The notes under the pieces are model-generated. The model had not been told where the DNA came from. It worked only from the letters and a program-made list of their open reading frames with translations, and made no database searches. The position numbers and the translations under genes are program-made. A DNA stretch of 64,000 bases from Squalus acanthias (Eukaryota): contig CM059432.1 in assembly GCA_030390025.1 (NCBI GenBank), positions 60,142,001 to 60,206,000 on the forward strand, read 5' to 3'. Numbering within the stretch: position 1 is the stretch's first letter; every line of letters starts with the position of its first letter. Of the stretch, positions 11,345-25,050 are shown one piece after another.

Positions 11345-12724
11345 TCCGTGCCCATATTTCCCAGAACTCCTTGTTTCAATCTCTCCAATCAGGTTTCCGC
11401 CCCTGCCACAGTACTGAAACTGCTCTAACCAAGGTCACAAATGACATCCTAATTGACTGCGACAAAGGTAATCTATCCCTTCTCATCCTTCTGGACCTGT
11501 CCGCAGCCTTTGACATGGTTGACCACAAAATTCTGCTCCAACATCTCTCCACCGTTGTCCAGCTGGATGGGACTGCACTCTGGGTTCATTCCTATCTTTC
11601 CAGCCGAAACCATAGAATCACCTGCAATGGCTTATCTTCCCGATCCCACACTGTCACCTCTGATGCCCCCCAAGGATCTATCCTTGGCCCCCTCCTATTT
11701 CTCATCTACATGCTGCCCCTCGGTGACATCATCCAGCAACACGTGAGTTTTCACATGTACGCTGATGATACCCAGCTCTACCTCTCCTCCAACTCTCTCG
11801 AACCCTCTACCGTCTCTATACTATCAAACTGCTTGTCCAACATCCAGCACTGGTTGAGTAGAAATTTCCTCCAATCAGATATCGGGAAGACCGAAGCCAT
11901 TATCTTTGGTTCACGCCACAAACTCCATTCCTTTTCCACTGATTTGTTCTCTCTCCCTGGCCACTGTCTAAGGCTGACCCAGTTTATTCGCAACCTTGGT
12001 GTCATATTTGATCACGAATTGAGCTTCCTACCTCATATCCATTCTATCACTAAGACCACCCATTTCCACCTTCGTAATATCGCCTGTCTCCGCTCTTACC
12101 TCAACTTATCTGCTGCTGAAACCCACATCCATGCCTTTATCACCTCCAAACTTGACTATTCCAATGCACTCCTGGTCGGCCTCCCTAGTTCTACCCGCCA
12201 TAAACTTGAGGTCATCCAAAACTCTGCCGCTCGTGTGCTATCTCGCACCAAGTCCCACTTACCCATCTCCCCTGTGCTTGCTGACCTACATTGGATCCCA
12301 GTTAAGCAACGCCTCGATTTTAAAATTCTCATCCTTGTTTTCAAATCCCTCCATGACCTTGAGCCTCCTGATCTTTGTAATCTCCTCCAGCCCTATAATC
12401 CCCCTAGACCTCTGCGCTCCGCTATTCTGGCCTTTTGAACATCCCCGATTTTAAATGCTCCACCATTGGCGGTCGTGCCTTCAGCTGACTAGGTCCTAAG
12501 CTCTGAAATTCCCTCCCTAAATCTCTCTGCCTCTCCACTTCTCTTTCCTGCCTTAAGACGCTCCTTAAAACCTACCTCTTTGAGCAAGCTTTTGGTCATC
12601 TGCCCTAACATCTCCTTATTTGGCTCAGGTGTCAAATTTCTTTTTGATAACACTCCTGTGAAGCGCCTTAGGATGTTTTTATTATGTTAAAGGCGCTATA
12701 TAAATATACGTTGTTGTTGTTGTT
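11345..12724 (+). mobile_element. L2 LINE, RT domain plus 3' UTR
   Basis: A 371-aa ORF with QSGFRPCHSTETAL, LLDLSAAFD, PQGSILGPLLF and HMYADDTQLY, followed by a (gtt)n tail at 12711-12724. Confidence 0.95.
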
Positions 12725-12884
12725 GAAGTGGAAAGGCAGTGGCACGTACGAAGAAAATTTCAGAGTTTAGGGCCTGTGATAGTGGTGCAGAAAGAGGTGG
12801 AATGCACAGTAATTTGGACTCAGAAAAACAAAGGAAGTAAGCTGAGACTTAGCATTGGAATAGGTTTCACAGGTAATGTTAAAA

Positions 12885-14302
12885 ATGGGGAAAGTGATAA
12901 ACCCAGCAACTACTGGTCAGTCAGCCTAACGTCGGTGGTAGGGAAACTTTTAGAGACAATATTCCGGGAAAAATGAATTGGAATTTGGAAAAGTATGGGC
13001 TAATAAATGAAAGTCAGCATGGATTTGTTAAAAGCAAATCGTGTTTGATTAACTTTGTTTCTGTGCTGTAAATACAATCTAATATGTAATATGTAACTTG
13101 ATCGAGTTCTTTGCTGAAGTAATGGAGAGGGTTGATGAGAGTAGTGCGGTTGATGTTGTGTATATGGACTTTTAAAAGATTTTTGACAATGTACCATACA
13201 ATAGACTTGTTAGCAAAATTAAAGCCCATGGGATTAAAGGGACAGTGGCAGCATGGATACGAAATTGGCTAAGGGACAGAAAGCAGAAAGTAGTGGTGAA
13301 TGGTTGATTTTCAGACTGGAGGGAAGTATACAGTAGTGTGCCCCAGAGGCCGGTATTAGGATCACTGCCCTTTTTGATATATATTAATCATCTGGACTTG
13401 GGTATACGGGGCATCATGTCAAAGTTTGCAGAGGATATGAAATTCAGAAATGTAGTAAACAATGAGGAGGATAGTAACAGACTTCAGGAGACAGACTGGT
13501 AAAATAGGTAGACACATAACTGATGAAATTTAATGCAGAGAAGTGTGACGTGATTCATTTTGGTAGGAAGAATGAGGAGAGGCAATATGAACTAAACGGT
13601 ACAATTTTAAAAGAGGTGCAGGAACAGAGAGACCTGGGGGTGTATGTACACAAATCTTTGAAGGTGGCAGGACAAGTTGAGAAGGCTGTGAAAAACGCAT
13701 ATGGGATCCTGGGCTTTATTAATAGAGGAATAGAGTACAAAAGCAAGGCAGTTATGCTAAATGTTTATAAATCACTGGTTAGGCCTCAGCTGGAGTACTG
13801 TGTTCAATTCTGGGCACAACACTTTAGGAAGGATGTTAAGGCCTTGGAAAGGGTGCATAAGAGAGATTTCCTAGAATGGTGTCAGGGATGAGGGACTTCA
13901 GTTATGTGGAGAGGCTGGAGAAGCTGGGATTGTTCTCCTTAGTGCAGAGAAGGTTAAGACGAGATTTGATAGAGGTTTTCAAAAGTATGAATCATTTTGA
14001 TAGAGTAAATAGGGGGAAACTGTTTCCAGTGGAAGAAGGGTTAGTAACCAGAGGGCATAGATTTAAATGATTGTCAAAAGAACCAGAGGTGACATGAGGA
14101 AACATTTTTTTTACACAGTGTGTTGCTGTGATCTGGAATTCACTGCCTGAAAGGGTTGTGGAAGCAGATTCAATAGTAACATTCAAAAGAGAATTGGATA
14201 AATACTTGAAGGAAAAAAAATTACAGGGCTATGGGGAAAAAACAGGGGAGTGAAATTAAGTGGATAGTTCTACCAAAGAGCCGGCACAGGCACGATTCTA
14301 TG
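12885..14302 (+). mobile_element. CR1 LINE RT/3' part, decayed
   Basis: Contains NYWSVSLTSVVGKLLE, KFNAEKCDVIHFG and [13 protein letters not shown], and ends in gattctatga. It appears to split an older minus-strand L2. Confidence 0.9.
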
Positions 14303-14900
14303 AATGTAGAGAAAGTCCATGGAGAAATTTGTAAAAAAGGATAAAGATTTTTAAATCAATGTGCTTGGAGATAGGAAGCCAGTAGAGGTTGGTAAAGTCT
14401 AGGTGATAGGCAAGCAGAACTTAGTAAGGGATATGAGCTAGTCTGCAGAAATCTAGATAAGTTGGACTTTGTATAGGAAAGAGCTTGCTAGAACAGAGTT
14501 GTAAAGCCCAGCCTGAAGATAACAAAGGTATGGATGAATGTTTCCGTAACATTGGGGTTAATTAAGATAGGGACAAAGGCGATATTGCGAAATGTGGAAG
14601 TAGGTGGTCATGGTGATGGACTGACTGAGGTTTCCAGCTCAGCTCAGGGTTTGTGCAGAACTCCTAAGCTGCATACTGTAGGGTTCAGGCTGAACAAGCA
14701 GCCAAAGACAAAAATTGAATTGAGAGGAGGCGGAATTTTTGGTGAGAGCCCAACAGGATGATTTTTGTCTTGCCCATATTTAGCTGAAAGGAATTCTAGC
14801 TTGGTGTTGGACATGCAGTTCGACAACACAGCAAGTCATGGAGTTGAGGGTGGTGGCAGAGAGTAAAACTTAGTATGATCAGCATACATATGCAAGCTGA
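14303..14900 (-). mobile_element. Old L2 fragment (continues at ~12728-12880)
   Basis: The reverse strand has an HMYAD-like sequence (atcagcatacatatg on +) and LSNCMSN. Confidence 0.55.
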
Positions 14901-16374
14901 TCCCATGATTATGGATAATCTTGTCAAAAGGCATTGCAACAATATTAAAGTGCCTTTACAGCATCCATTAAGGTCCAACAAGGTGACAACTGCTGACATT
15001 AATCCCAAAAGATTGCTAATGCATAATGGGAAAATTTTACTGATAATTGAATCTCCTAGTGCATTGCTCCCGATCGCTGCCCGCCACACTGCATATTGTT
15101 GTCAGTAGGAGCTTGATTCTGTGTGTTGAAGTACACCATGTGAAAGTAATGTCATTAATATCAAAATGATTGCAAATTAGTGGGGGAGCGAACCCAAATT
15201 GCTGGCCTTGTGCATCACACGCACAATGCATTCTTTCCACCCATATAAAAAGGAATCATCAGTTGCAGAAAGAAATCTTCTGCAGACTTTGATTGTGACT
15301 TCACTGAAAAGTCCTTTGCAGTTTTCTACTAATGGCATCACTTAGGAGTCCTCTATAGTCTTCTGTGGCTGACATCACTTGAGAGTCTTGCAGAATCAGT
15401 GGGCGGTGCCGCCGCAGGCCAAGGTTAACGGCCGCCCGCCTGCAAAAAGAGCACAGGCTGCACTGGTATTTTGGTGCTGATTTAAATGAGCGCAGTGCAG
15501 AAGCTCCCATGCAACACGCTCTTTCAGGTGGTAACATCAGCAGGAAGCCAAAGGTCGGGTCTAAAGGATCAGTGCAGCGTTCTCGGGCAGTCACCTTATT
15601 AAAAGTACATTTCCAAGTAAAAGACTGTGGCACAGATGTCAAATGGAGCAGAACATGTTTGAACTAAGAAGGTTTTACTCCCTTCGTACAATTTTCAATT
15701 TTACTGGAGCCCACCAATTACGTTATCACGATACAAAAACAATGGAGAACCCGCGTCGCCTGTTCCCAATTCCCCAGACAATACAAATTGCTATTTCCTG
15801 TCTTTATGAGATATGGGGCTAGTTGAGAAGTTCTGATTTTCAATAAGAACAAAAAAAGTCTATAAATCATAGGGCTAAAAATTCGGGGGTTTAGCGCCAC
15901 CCGTTACAGACAGATTCGGGATAAAAATGACGGCTGCCACACTTCCGCCCGCTGCCGGCAAGTCTTGTGGCAACCGCCATTTTCAGGTGGCCGGCAGCGC
16001 TGCCGATGTCGGCGCTCGCCAAAATTATGTAGATGATGCAGATAGTGACGCCAGTGAGTGTGCAACACTCACTTGACGTCCGATCTGCAAGTTTCAACTT
16101 TGCCACTCCACTTATTAGCATGCCTTAAGTGCGATCAGCTGAGCAAGCATTGACAAGCAGGAAGGAGGCTCCAGCAGCGGTATATAAAATGATCATCAGC
16201 AACTACTTGCACCTGACATGTTTCTGCAGTTTGACTGCCTCTGTGCAACTTTCTGTAACTCTAGCAGTTTATAAACTTCTTTCAAGGTTCTAAGGTAACA
16301 GTGAGTGTTGTTGCAAGTGGAGAACGCCTTCATTCTTATTCAGAAGCTTCTGCTCACACCACTTGCTCACAGTC

Positions 16375-17497
16375 ATAGGGGCTCTACTGGCAGTTCCCCT
16401 CGCGCTCGAGTATCTTAGGGCGAGGGAGTGGAGGCAGCGAAGAAGATGAGAAAATGCGAGCAGAGGGAGAAGGAGGAGGGCCAGGAGGGCTCTCAACTGG
16501 AGGCCTTACCCACCGAGAGCAACTCTCTTATATCCACTTAAGCCAGGAGCAGTGCATTAGGAGGCTCTGCTTCACCAAAGAGGTGGTCACAAAACTCTGC
16601 CACCTCCTGCAACCAGACCTGCAGCCTCAAAGCAGGGTGACCACGGCTCTCACAGTAGTAGGCAAGGTCACTGTGCCCTTCAATTTCTTCGCCAGCGGAT
16701 CCTTCCAGGCTGCAGCAGGAGACATAGCTAACATCTCCCAGTTCGCCATCCATCACTGCATCTGGGAGGTCATGGAGGCTGTCTGGACCAGGAGAAGGGA
16801 CTACATTGTCTTCTCTCTGAGCAGAGACAAGCAGGACGAGCACGTATGTGGCTTTGTCAGGATAGCGGGCTTCCCCATGTTGCAGGGCGCCATTGACTGC
16901 ACCCACGTGGCTTTGTGGGCGCCGCATAACAATCTGAGATGGTCCGTAACCACAAAGGCTACCACTCACTTAATGTGCAGTTGGTGTGCGACCACGCCCA
17001 GGGCTTCCTGATGGTCAATGCCCACTTTCCTGGCAGCAGTCATGATACCTTCATTCTGCATCAGTCTGGTGTGCCAGCAATCTCCCAGCCACCACATGAA
17101 ACTCGAGGGTGGCTACTCGGAGACAAGGGCTATCATATAATGAAAACCATGCTTCCACCAGGAATATCATCGAGCAGACCATTGGGCTTCTGAAGCAACG
17201 GTTCCACTGCCTTGACTGCTCGGGAGGAGCCCTCCAGTACTCGGCAAAGCGTCCCATTTTGTGGTGGGCTGCTGCATGCTTCACAACTTGGTCATCATGA
17301 GGACGCAGCCCTTGCCACCAGGGATTGCGGGACCACCTAAGGAGGAGGACGTGGGAGAGAAGGAAGAGGAGTAGGAGGAAGAGGAAGATGAGCAAGAGGA
17401 AGAGGAAGAAGACGAGGAGAAAGGGAGGAGGCAGGCAGCCAATCCCCCTTCCAGACAGACTGTCAGTGAACGCCTCATCAGACTCCGATTCCAATGA
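16375..17497 (+). pseudogene. HARBI1-like transposase of copy C, frameshifted
   Basis: Motifs: FFASGSFQ, QGAIDCTHV, NHKGYHSLNVQLVCD, FPGSSHD, LLGDKGY, STRNIIEQTIGLLKQRF, plus an acidic C-terminal tract. Confidence 0.9.
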
Positions 17498-17668
17498 AAG
17501 AAACCCCAGATCCCCGTTGCTCACCACATCCCCATCATTCCATCCCTCTGTCACGGAATATCACAGCGTCCTACTGGGCACAAAGCTGAAATGAAAGCCA
17601 CCACAAAAGATTCCAAACAAAATTAATAAATTTATCAACAATCAATTTGCACATATGATATGAGCTAA

Positions 17669-20600
17669 TCACCCTTGTGCATCCCTTAGTGCCTGTCGTT
17701 CAGGTGCCCTTTCCTGATCTAGTGCTCCTATGAAGTGCTTTCCAAGTGGCTGCAGTTTGGCTGGTGGAAGGCTACTGAGTTTCCATGGGGGAGACTTCAG
17801 ATAGCCTTGCAGCACGGCCTCGAGCAGCTCTGGCCCTAGAAGGCTCGGCTGTAGACTGCACCACCTCGGTATGTGCAGCAGCAGTCTGGGTTGGCTGGCT
17901 GACAGACAGCAGCAAGGGCAATGGCAGAGTGGCAGTGGTGCTAACAGGAATGCTGTCATTCTGAGAGAGGACAGCAGGGTCATGCTCCACTGACCCATTG
18001 CCAATCCGCCGGGGCGGAAGTCCCTCATTCCTGGATGAAAGGCAAGGGAGGAAATAGCGGAGGCTCTGACCACCATTTTCCAATCCTCTCTGGCTGCATG
18101 CGTGGTGCCAGAGGACTGGAGGACTGCTAACATTGTGCCAATTTTTAAAAAGGGAAAAGGGATAGACCGAGTAATTACAGGCCAGTCAGCCTAACCTCGG
18201 TGGTGGGAAAATTATTGGAAAAAATTCTGAGGAACAGTATAAATCGCCATTTAGAAAGTTACGGATTAATCAAGGACATTCAGTATAGATTTGTTAAGGA
18301 AAGGTCATGTCTGACTAACTTGTTTGAATTTGTTGCGGAGGTAACAAGGAGGGTCGATGAGGGTGCATTTGATGTAGTCTACGTGGATTTTAGCAAAGCC
18401 TTTGACAAGGTCCCACATTTTGGTCAAAAAAGTAAAAGCCCATCAGATCCAAAGGATAGTGGAAAGTTGGATCCAAAGTTGGCTCAGTGGCAGGAAGCAA
18501 AGGGTAATGGTCGACAGGTGTTTTTGTGACTGGAAGGCTGTTTCCAGTGGGGCTCCACAGGGTTCAGTACTAGGTTCCTTGCTTTTTGTGGTATATATCA
18601 ATGATTTAGACTTCAATGTATGGGGCATGATTAAGAAGCTTGCAGAGGATACAAAAATTAGCCATGTGGTTGATAGTGAGGAAGATAGCTGTAGACTGCA
18701 GGAAGATATCAATGGACTGGTCAGGTGGACAGAAAAGTGGCAAATGGAATTCAATCCTGAGAACTGTGAGGTAATGCATTTGGGGAGGGCTAACAAGGCA
18801 AGGGAATACACAATAAATGGTAGGATACTGAGAAATGTCGAGGAACAGAGGGTCCTTGGAGCGCATGTCCACAGATCCCCGAAGGTAGCAGGACAGGTAG
18901 GTAAGGTGGTTAAGAAGGCATACGGGATATTTTCCTTTATTAGCCGAGGCATACAATATAAGAGCAGAGAGGTTGTGCTAGAACTGTATAAAACACTAGT
19001 TAGGCCACAGCTAGAGTATTACGTACAGTTCTGGTCACCAGCAAGGGTACAGAGGATGTTGTCAGGACTGGAGAATTTTAGCTATGAGGAAAGATTGGAT
19101 AGGCTGGGTTTGTTTTCATTGGAACAGCAGAGGCAGAGGAGAGAACTAATTGAGGTGTTTAAAATTGTGAGGGGCCTAGATAGAGCGGATAAGAAGGACC
19201 TATTTCCCTTAGCAAAGAGGTCAATAACCAGGGGGTATAGAATTAAAGTAATTGGTAGAAGGATTAGAGGGGAGTTGAGGAGAAATTTTTTCACACAGAG
19301 GGCGGTGGGGGTCTGGAATGCACTGCCTGAAAGGATAGTAGAGGCAGAAACCCTGATCACATTTAAAAAGTACTTGGACATGCACTTAAAGTGTCGTAAC
19401 CCGCAAGACTATGGACCAAGAGCTGGAAAGTGGGATTAGGCTGGACAGCTGTCTTTCGACTGACGCAGACATGATGGGCCGAATGGTCTCCTTCTGTGCC
19501 GTAAATTTCTATGATTCTATAACTCTTCGGGAGTTTTCCATCATTTCCAGCCTGGAAATCCTAGGCTCCAAGCTCTGCGCAAAGCCCCGTGCAATGTTGG
19601 AGGCAGACTCCTCCATGCTACTTGACATTGCCAAGAGGCTTTTTGGCTAGCTTGACATTGCACCTAGCAATTTGGTGTGCATGCCCATTACTCCTCTTCT
19701 GAAGGCCGCCCCATCGAGGTCCTCATCTGAGTCCTGTGCAGCAGAACTCGCACACGAACTCATCCTCCGGGGAGCTGGCTCCGAGTTACCCTTTCCCCCT
19801 TGGACTTGCTGCAGCCCACTTATGCCCAGTGCCTCACCCTGTGCAGATTCCGCTTCTACACTAGCCTCGAAAGTACGCGCAGTGCCACTTTCTGAGCTGG
19901 TGTCGGTGAGTGACAGATGCAGTGACACTGAGTCTTCTTCTTCTTCTCCCCCCTCGCTCTCCTCCATTGTCTTGGGGACAGGCTGGTCTGGTGCCTGGTC
20001 TTGATTAGCTGACAGCAGAAAGGCACAAGAGTCAGGTTATCGTGAGGGGAGTGGGGGGGGAAGCAAGATATGTATGCATACAGCATCAGCAGCTTGGGAT
20101 TAGGGGGGAGTGGGATGTGAGAAGATGGATTAAGAATGAGCATACTGCTGTTGTCCCCAAGAGCTTCAACCTCACTGGTTGCCATGGCCTCCATGATCTG
20201 CCACCCAATGATCTCCAGCACTTGCTCCTCCAGTTGGCTGAGGTCCTGGATGGCAGCTTGCGCCCCCCCCACCACCCCCCACCTGTCTACTGCTGCTCCC
20301 TCCTGTTATGCGTGACCTTGGCCAGCAAAAGAAAGGGAAGAGTGCGAGTGAGTGTGGTGCAATGTGTTTGGTGATGTGCCTGCCATAGTTGAATAGCTGT
20401 CAGTGTGTGCAAGGTGTGAGATGTGGGTGTGAGTGTTGCAGCATTGGTAAGGTTGTGAGGGCTAAGTGAAGCTATGATTGTGAGGTGTGAGTGGTGACAG
20501 GTAGAGATTGTTGGTAGGTGAGTGCTGGGGGTGTGGTGCATTGAGCAGTGCGTGAGGCTTGTGGTGCAGATGGTGCGATATGGCATTTGCTGAAGCCTTC

Positions 20601-20862
20601 ACTCACCTTGACCTGCCATGTGAGGTCATTAAACTTCTTGCGGCACTGGATCACTGATCTGGGGAAAACAGTGCTGGCCGTCACATAGCCAGCTATCTCC
20701 TGCCAGAGCCATCAAGATGTATGGGGCGAGGGCTTCCTGCCAGTCTTCTGGAAGAGGACAGCCCGCCTCCTCTCCATGGCCACCACCAGTGCCTCAAGAG
20801 CCACGTCTGAGAATCTTCGGGCTCTCTCTGTTCTCGTCTTCCGTCTGCTTCGAACGTGGCAT
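17669..20862 (-). pseudogene. Spliced Myb/SANT-like gene of Harbinger copy C, interrupted by a CR1
   Basis: IQCRKKFNDLTWQVK followed by a gtgagt donor near 20607; exon 2 VTHNRREQQ..GG; acidic exon 3 EESEGGEEEEDS...DSDEDLDGAAF. Confidence 0.8.
18035..19520 (+). mobile_element. CR1 LINE RT/3' part inside Harbinger C
   Basis: Contains VYVDFSKAFDKV, GAPQGSVLG and LVRPQLEYYVQFWSP, with tail ttctatgattctat. Confidence 0.95.
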
Positions 20863-21369
20863 TGGAACTGGATTAACAGTGAGGTGCTGTAGCATCAATG
20901 CACCTCCCCTTTAAGTACTGAATAAAGCCTGTGCCAAACATGACCCGATATTAGCCCACCTGTTGAGTGGTAAGCCAATGAGCAGCGGTTTTAGCGCTGA
21001 GATCAAGACTATAATCATGTTAATGAGGACTGAGCATGAATTTTGCGTGCTACCTAGACCATTTTGACCTGGCGCAGCTTAACATCGTTGGGCCATGACA
21101 TCACCCACTTTATGGCCATATCCAATTTTTAGCCCTTAATATTTCTTTGTTTAGTGGGTTCATCAGCATTTTCTTGATGTAAACTGGATCTTGATGAAAA
21201 GATTTAAAAAATAAATTAAATTAAGCAACAATGAAAAAAAAAGCCAGCTCAACCCGGATCATATTAAAGAATTTTTGCAATAAACTGAAAGACAATTGAA
21301 GTCAGTTATTTGGGTGTAACTTATTTAAAAGTAGCGCGGTAAATGTAAATTGTACAGAACGTTTACTAT

Positions 21370-21695
21370 ACAGTTTATAGCTCACTGCCGCTTTTTCCTG
21401 GCTCGATGCACTGTCACCAGCTGCATGCATGGGCTTCCTTTGGAGAGGGCAGTAAGAGGAGCGGCGACGTCCAAAATCGCTGAGCGTGCATCAATTCCAC
21501 ATTGCACGCCGACTGACGTCATGCTCCTGGTAATTAAAATACTTGTGGTGAACGCAGGCAATGGCAGTGCTGCCAACCTGCCCAATATGGCGGCTGCCAC
21601 GTTACGCGCCGGAAGTGGGTGGAAGTGAGGCGGCCACCATTTTTTCTTCAAAACCGGCCTTAACGGCGGGTGCTAAAGGTTCAAATTTCTAGGCC
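21370..21695. mobile_element. Harbinger right-end fragment
   Basis: Homologous to 3780-4049 and ends in aaatttctaggcc. Confidence 0.65.
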
Positions 21696-22239
21696 ACTGT
21701 TTGTTACAGAAGGTTGATCTGCAGACAGTGCACAATGGGCATGGCATTCAGTGTTGTCCAGGCACTGGACTTGGCAGAGAGGATGAATAGGAGCAGCAAT
21801 AGGTGGAGGCTCTCTGGGAAGTCAGATGGCAGCAAAGGGGTACTGTTTGGACCTATCACTATGCCGCTCATTGTGTGTATTGTCCCAGACACAGCTGCCT
21901 GGAATTGAGTGAGTAACAGCTCCTTAGAAAGCTACAGTTTAGATTGGAATCCAAGCTATGCTTCCTGCTGCAGAAAGACTTCCAGCCAACATCTGCAATC
22001 TGGACAGCACTTGCAGCAGCAACTGAAATCACCATTACCTTCAAGTTGCATGCTTCTGACACTTTCTAGGCGAGCATCTGCAATATTACCTGCTTCGCTG
22101 CTCACAGATGAATCAAAGAAGTAACTGATTAGGAACCTAGGGCTTCATCATTTTTGCCACCAACCAACAGCAGCAACACAATTCCATCCTACAGGTGGCT
22201 TTAGCGCTGGCCAATGACACCAATGCGTCACCCACGGAC

Positions 22240-22545
22240 AGAAGAATTGCACAGATACAACAAGGCTAAACCATCATCAGGTTCATTATTGAGTATACCA
22301 TTGGAACCTTGAAGCAGCACTTCAAATGTCTAGATAGATCAGGGGGCACCTTACATTTCAGTGCATGGGGTTGCCAAGATAATCATCATGTTCTGCATGG
22401 TTTACAACTTTGCTACAGAAAGAGGCTTACACATGAACAAAGCGGAAGAGGGCAATCTGGAATCAAGTCCAGCGCAGGAACACACTGTCAATGAGACTGC
22501 AGCCCTGAAGACTTGTGTGCTAGGCACTCATCCAGGATACATTTA
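22240..22545 (+). pseudogene. Very degraded HARBI1-like transposase C-terminus
   Basis: Reads [23 protein letters not shown]...KIIIMFCMVYNFA, compared with [13 protein letters not shown]...[10 protein letters not shown] at 63440-63952. Confidence 0.6.
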
Positions 22546-23741
22546 GCTAAGTACCCCTTGATAGAACATTGTTGGCCGTATGTACTAAATGAACTGACCG
22601 AAAACACCATCAGCAATAATGTCATTAGCACATCCTCCAGCACCATCAATGTCCATCATTTGATGTTGCTGCATTATTCTGCACAACCATAAAGATATTC
22701 TCAGCAGAATGTACACATCAGGGTATATTTTCTGTCAGCATGGCCAATAACACAGGTGTTGGGGACTGGAAAATCTGTTTCAGATCCATTTAGCCAGATC
22801 TACACCAATTAAGCACTGAGTGCAATCCTCCAGCAGGCCTTTTAAAATGGCCTAAAGTTGTATTGCTGCATTTAAATGAGGCCCAATACTATTTTTCGTT
22901 GGCTCCTTTTGCCTATTTGGAACAGGCTTCTTGGGTAATGGAGCTCTTAAGGGGTTAGAAGCTTGTTAGCTATTTTTTTTCCAGTTTTCCAGTATGTTAG
23001 TAATAATGTTTTTTGTTACTGATTTTTGTTAGCATTTCTATCAACAACAAAAAAATTTCTGTGAATATTTTTCTTGTAACAGTATGTAAAGGTAGGTTTC
23101 GCAAGGTTCCTAAATGCCAGCAGGGCACCCACAATTTTCCAATTTATGCTGGCTGCACGTGAGGTCCTCACCAGTGGCAAAAGGCATCACAAAATGTATT
23201 CTGTAATGTTTATGTTTACTTAAAATATCTGAATTGTCTGTTAATTCACTGAAAGCCAACTATAATTGAAGCATTTACTTCGGCAGAACAGGATGAGGTA
23301 GAAAAAAAAAGGACATGGAAAAGATGTTCATAAAATACAAATTTTCACAGAACCTCAGGGAATGACAAGACATTTAAGTACACAATCGCATGACAAGCCA
23401 AGTTAAAATTAATGATAAGGGTTGGTTTTGATAGCTATAAATCTAGTATTTGATGAGTGAAGTTGTACTGGGACATCATCACCAACCAGAACTGGACTAT
23501 CCGTATCTGCCAGTATGCCACCAATCAAACAGCAGACCCTGGTACACCTACCTGGAAATTACTCTGGGGAACTGACTCTGCAGACTCTGGTTAGCACAGA
23601 GTTATTTGAAGATCTGTGCCATCAGCTGCAAGGACACCAGCAACATATTTGCACTGTAGGGATGGCAGTGCCAGAGACAGCAAAGGTCACCTCCGCTCAA
23701 CTTTTTACCTCTGTCTCCTTCTAGGTCAGCATTGGGATCAT

Positions 23742-23885
23742 TGGACTCTAGGGAAATCAAGGGATATGGGGATTGGGCGGGAAAGTGGAGTTGAGGTCGA
23801 AGATCAGCCATGATCTTATTGAATGGCAGAGCAGGCTCGAAGGGCCATATGGCTGACTCCTGCTCCTAATTCTTGTGTTCTTATT
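23742..23885 (+). mobile_element. CR1 3' tail fragment
   Basis: Nearly identical to the CR1 tails at 27790-27930 and 41230-41370. Confidence 0.85.
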
Positions 23886-24949
23886 ATCAGTATCAGCCAA
23901 TATGCTGCCCAACAATTTGTGATGACTGATGCATAGATCAGCAGAGTCAGCACTTTTGTCTCTTTTCACACTGAGCAGCAACAGCAGTATGTCACAGCTG
24001 TCCAATGTCATTGCACTGCTGTATTTCTCAAACTGGAGGGTGTTCGTTGTTCAGGTCTTTTTTGCTTTTCCTATGCTACATATTTTTGTTTACATATTTT
24101 AGACTACTGTCGTAGGTGAATCTTACCTCCCTATAGTCTCAAAAGTATCTCGGTAAATTTTGATGGCATGCTCAGGATTACAAACAGAAAACCTTTTGTT
24201 TAGATTTCTTTAGAAAGAACTTGCATTTTTCATAACCTCAGGATGTCCCAAAGTGTTTCACAGCCAATTAAGTTCTCTTGAAGTGTAGCCACTGTTGTAA
24301 TGTAAGGGACATTGAAGCAGATGCAAAAAAAAGTATGCCAACCTAAGAAAATCGATCACGATAAGGCTATAAACCAGTACATTACTCCAAGTAGATGTGC
24401 ACAATATACATGCCACGAAGTGTTTCCTCACAACCTGTAACATATTGATTGCTGTCCATGCAAAGCAGCCAATTATACAACTTTTTGATTACTTCAAACC
24501 CATGGTTATACTACTGCAGAGCATTCTTTGCAGCTGCAATTTACAAACAGAACTCTTGTCAACCTTTCATCTTTAAAGGTGAATACACAAACAATTCTTT
24601 CAATCAACCCCAGCTGTATGAAGTATTTTCATCTGCTCACATAAGCCTAGGGAGGTAGGATGGTCATTGGGTATCACTGCGCCTGTGCTCCTGCCATTTC
24701 AAACATGTCAAGTTTACGTTTCTCCTTGCAGACCAATGTGGCACATACGAGGGAAAGAAAAGCCCACATGAGGACCCTGGAACTTCAAGCCCCTGCGTCC
24801 TTTTGAAAAAGCAACAATCAGAATCATTGGAACTGAGAACAAGGAAGAAAAGGAGAGCGTGAATTTGGAGGCTTCACCCAAGTTCAGGGCTATGCTTTTT
24901 ATTTATTTTCTCCTGACACAAAGGCATACACTGAAGCTTAATACCATGG

Positions 24950-25050
24950 GGGTGAATTTCCGTGGGGTTCTCTCGATCATCTGGTTTACGCCATTTTTCC
25001 GGGGTATTGTTATGGCAGACGAGCTGGAGAAACCCTGTGGAAATTCACCC
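24950..25050. mobile_element. ~100-bp hairpin MITE
   Basis: TIRs gggtgaatttcc / ggaaattcaccc, with further imperfect pairing inward. Confidence 0.6.

Larger units (their letters stand above)
15872..21135. mobile_element. Near-complete two-gene Harbinger transposon, copy C
   Basis: Perfect TIRs gggctaaaaatt / aatttttagccc flanked by ATA and TTA. The transposase is on + and the Myb/SANT gene on -, convergent. Confidence 0.9.
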
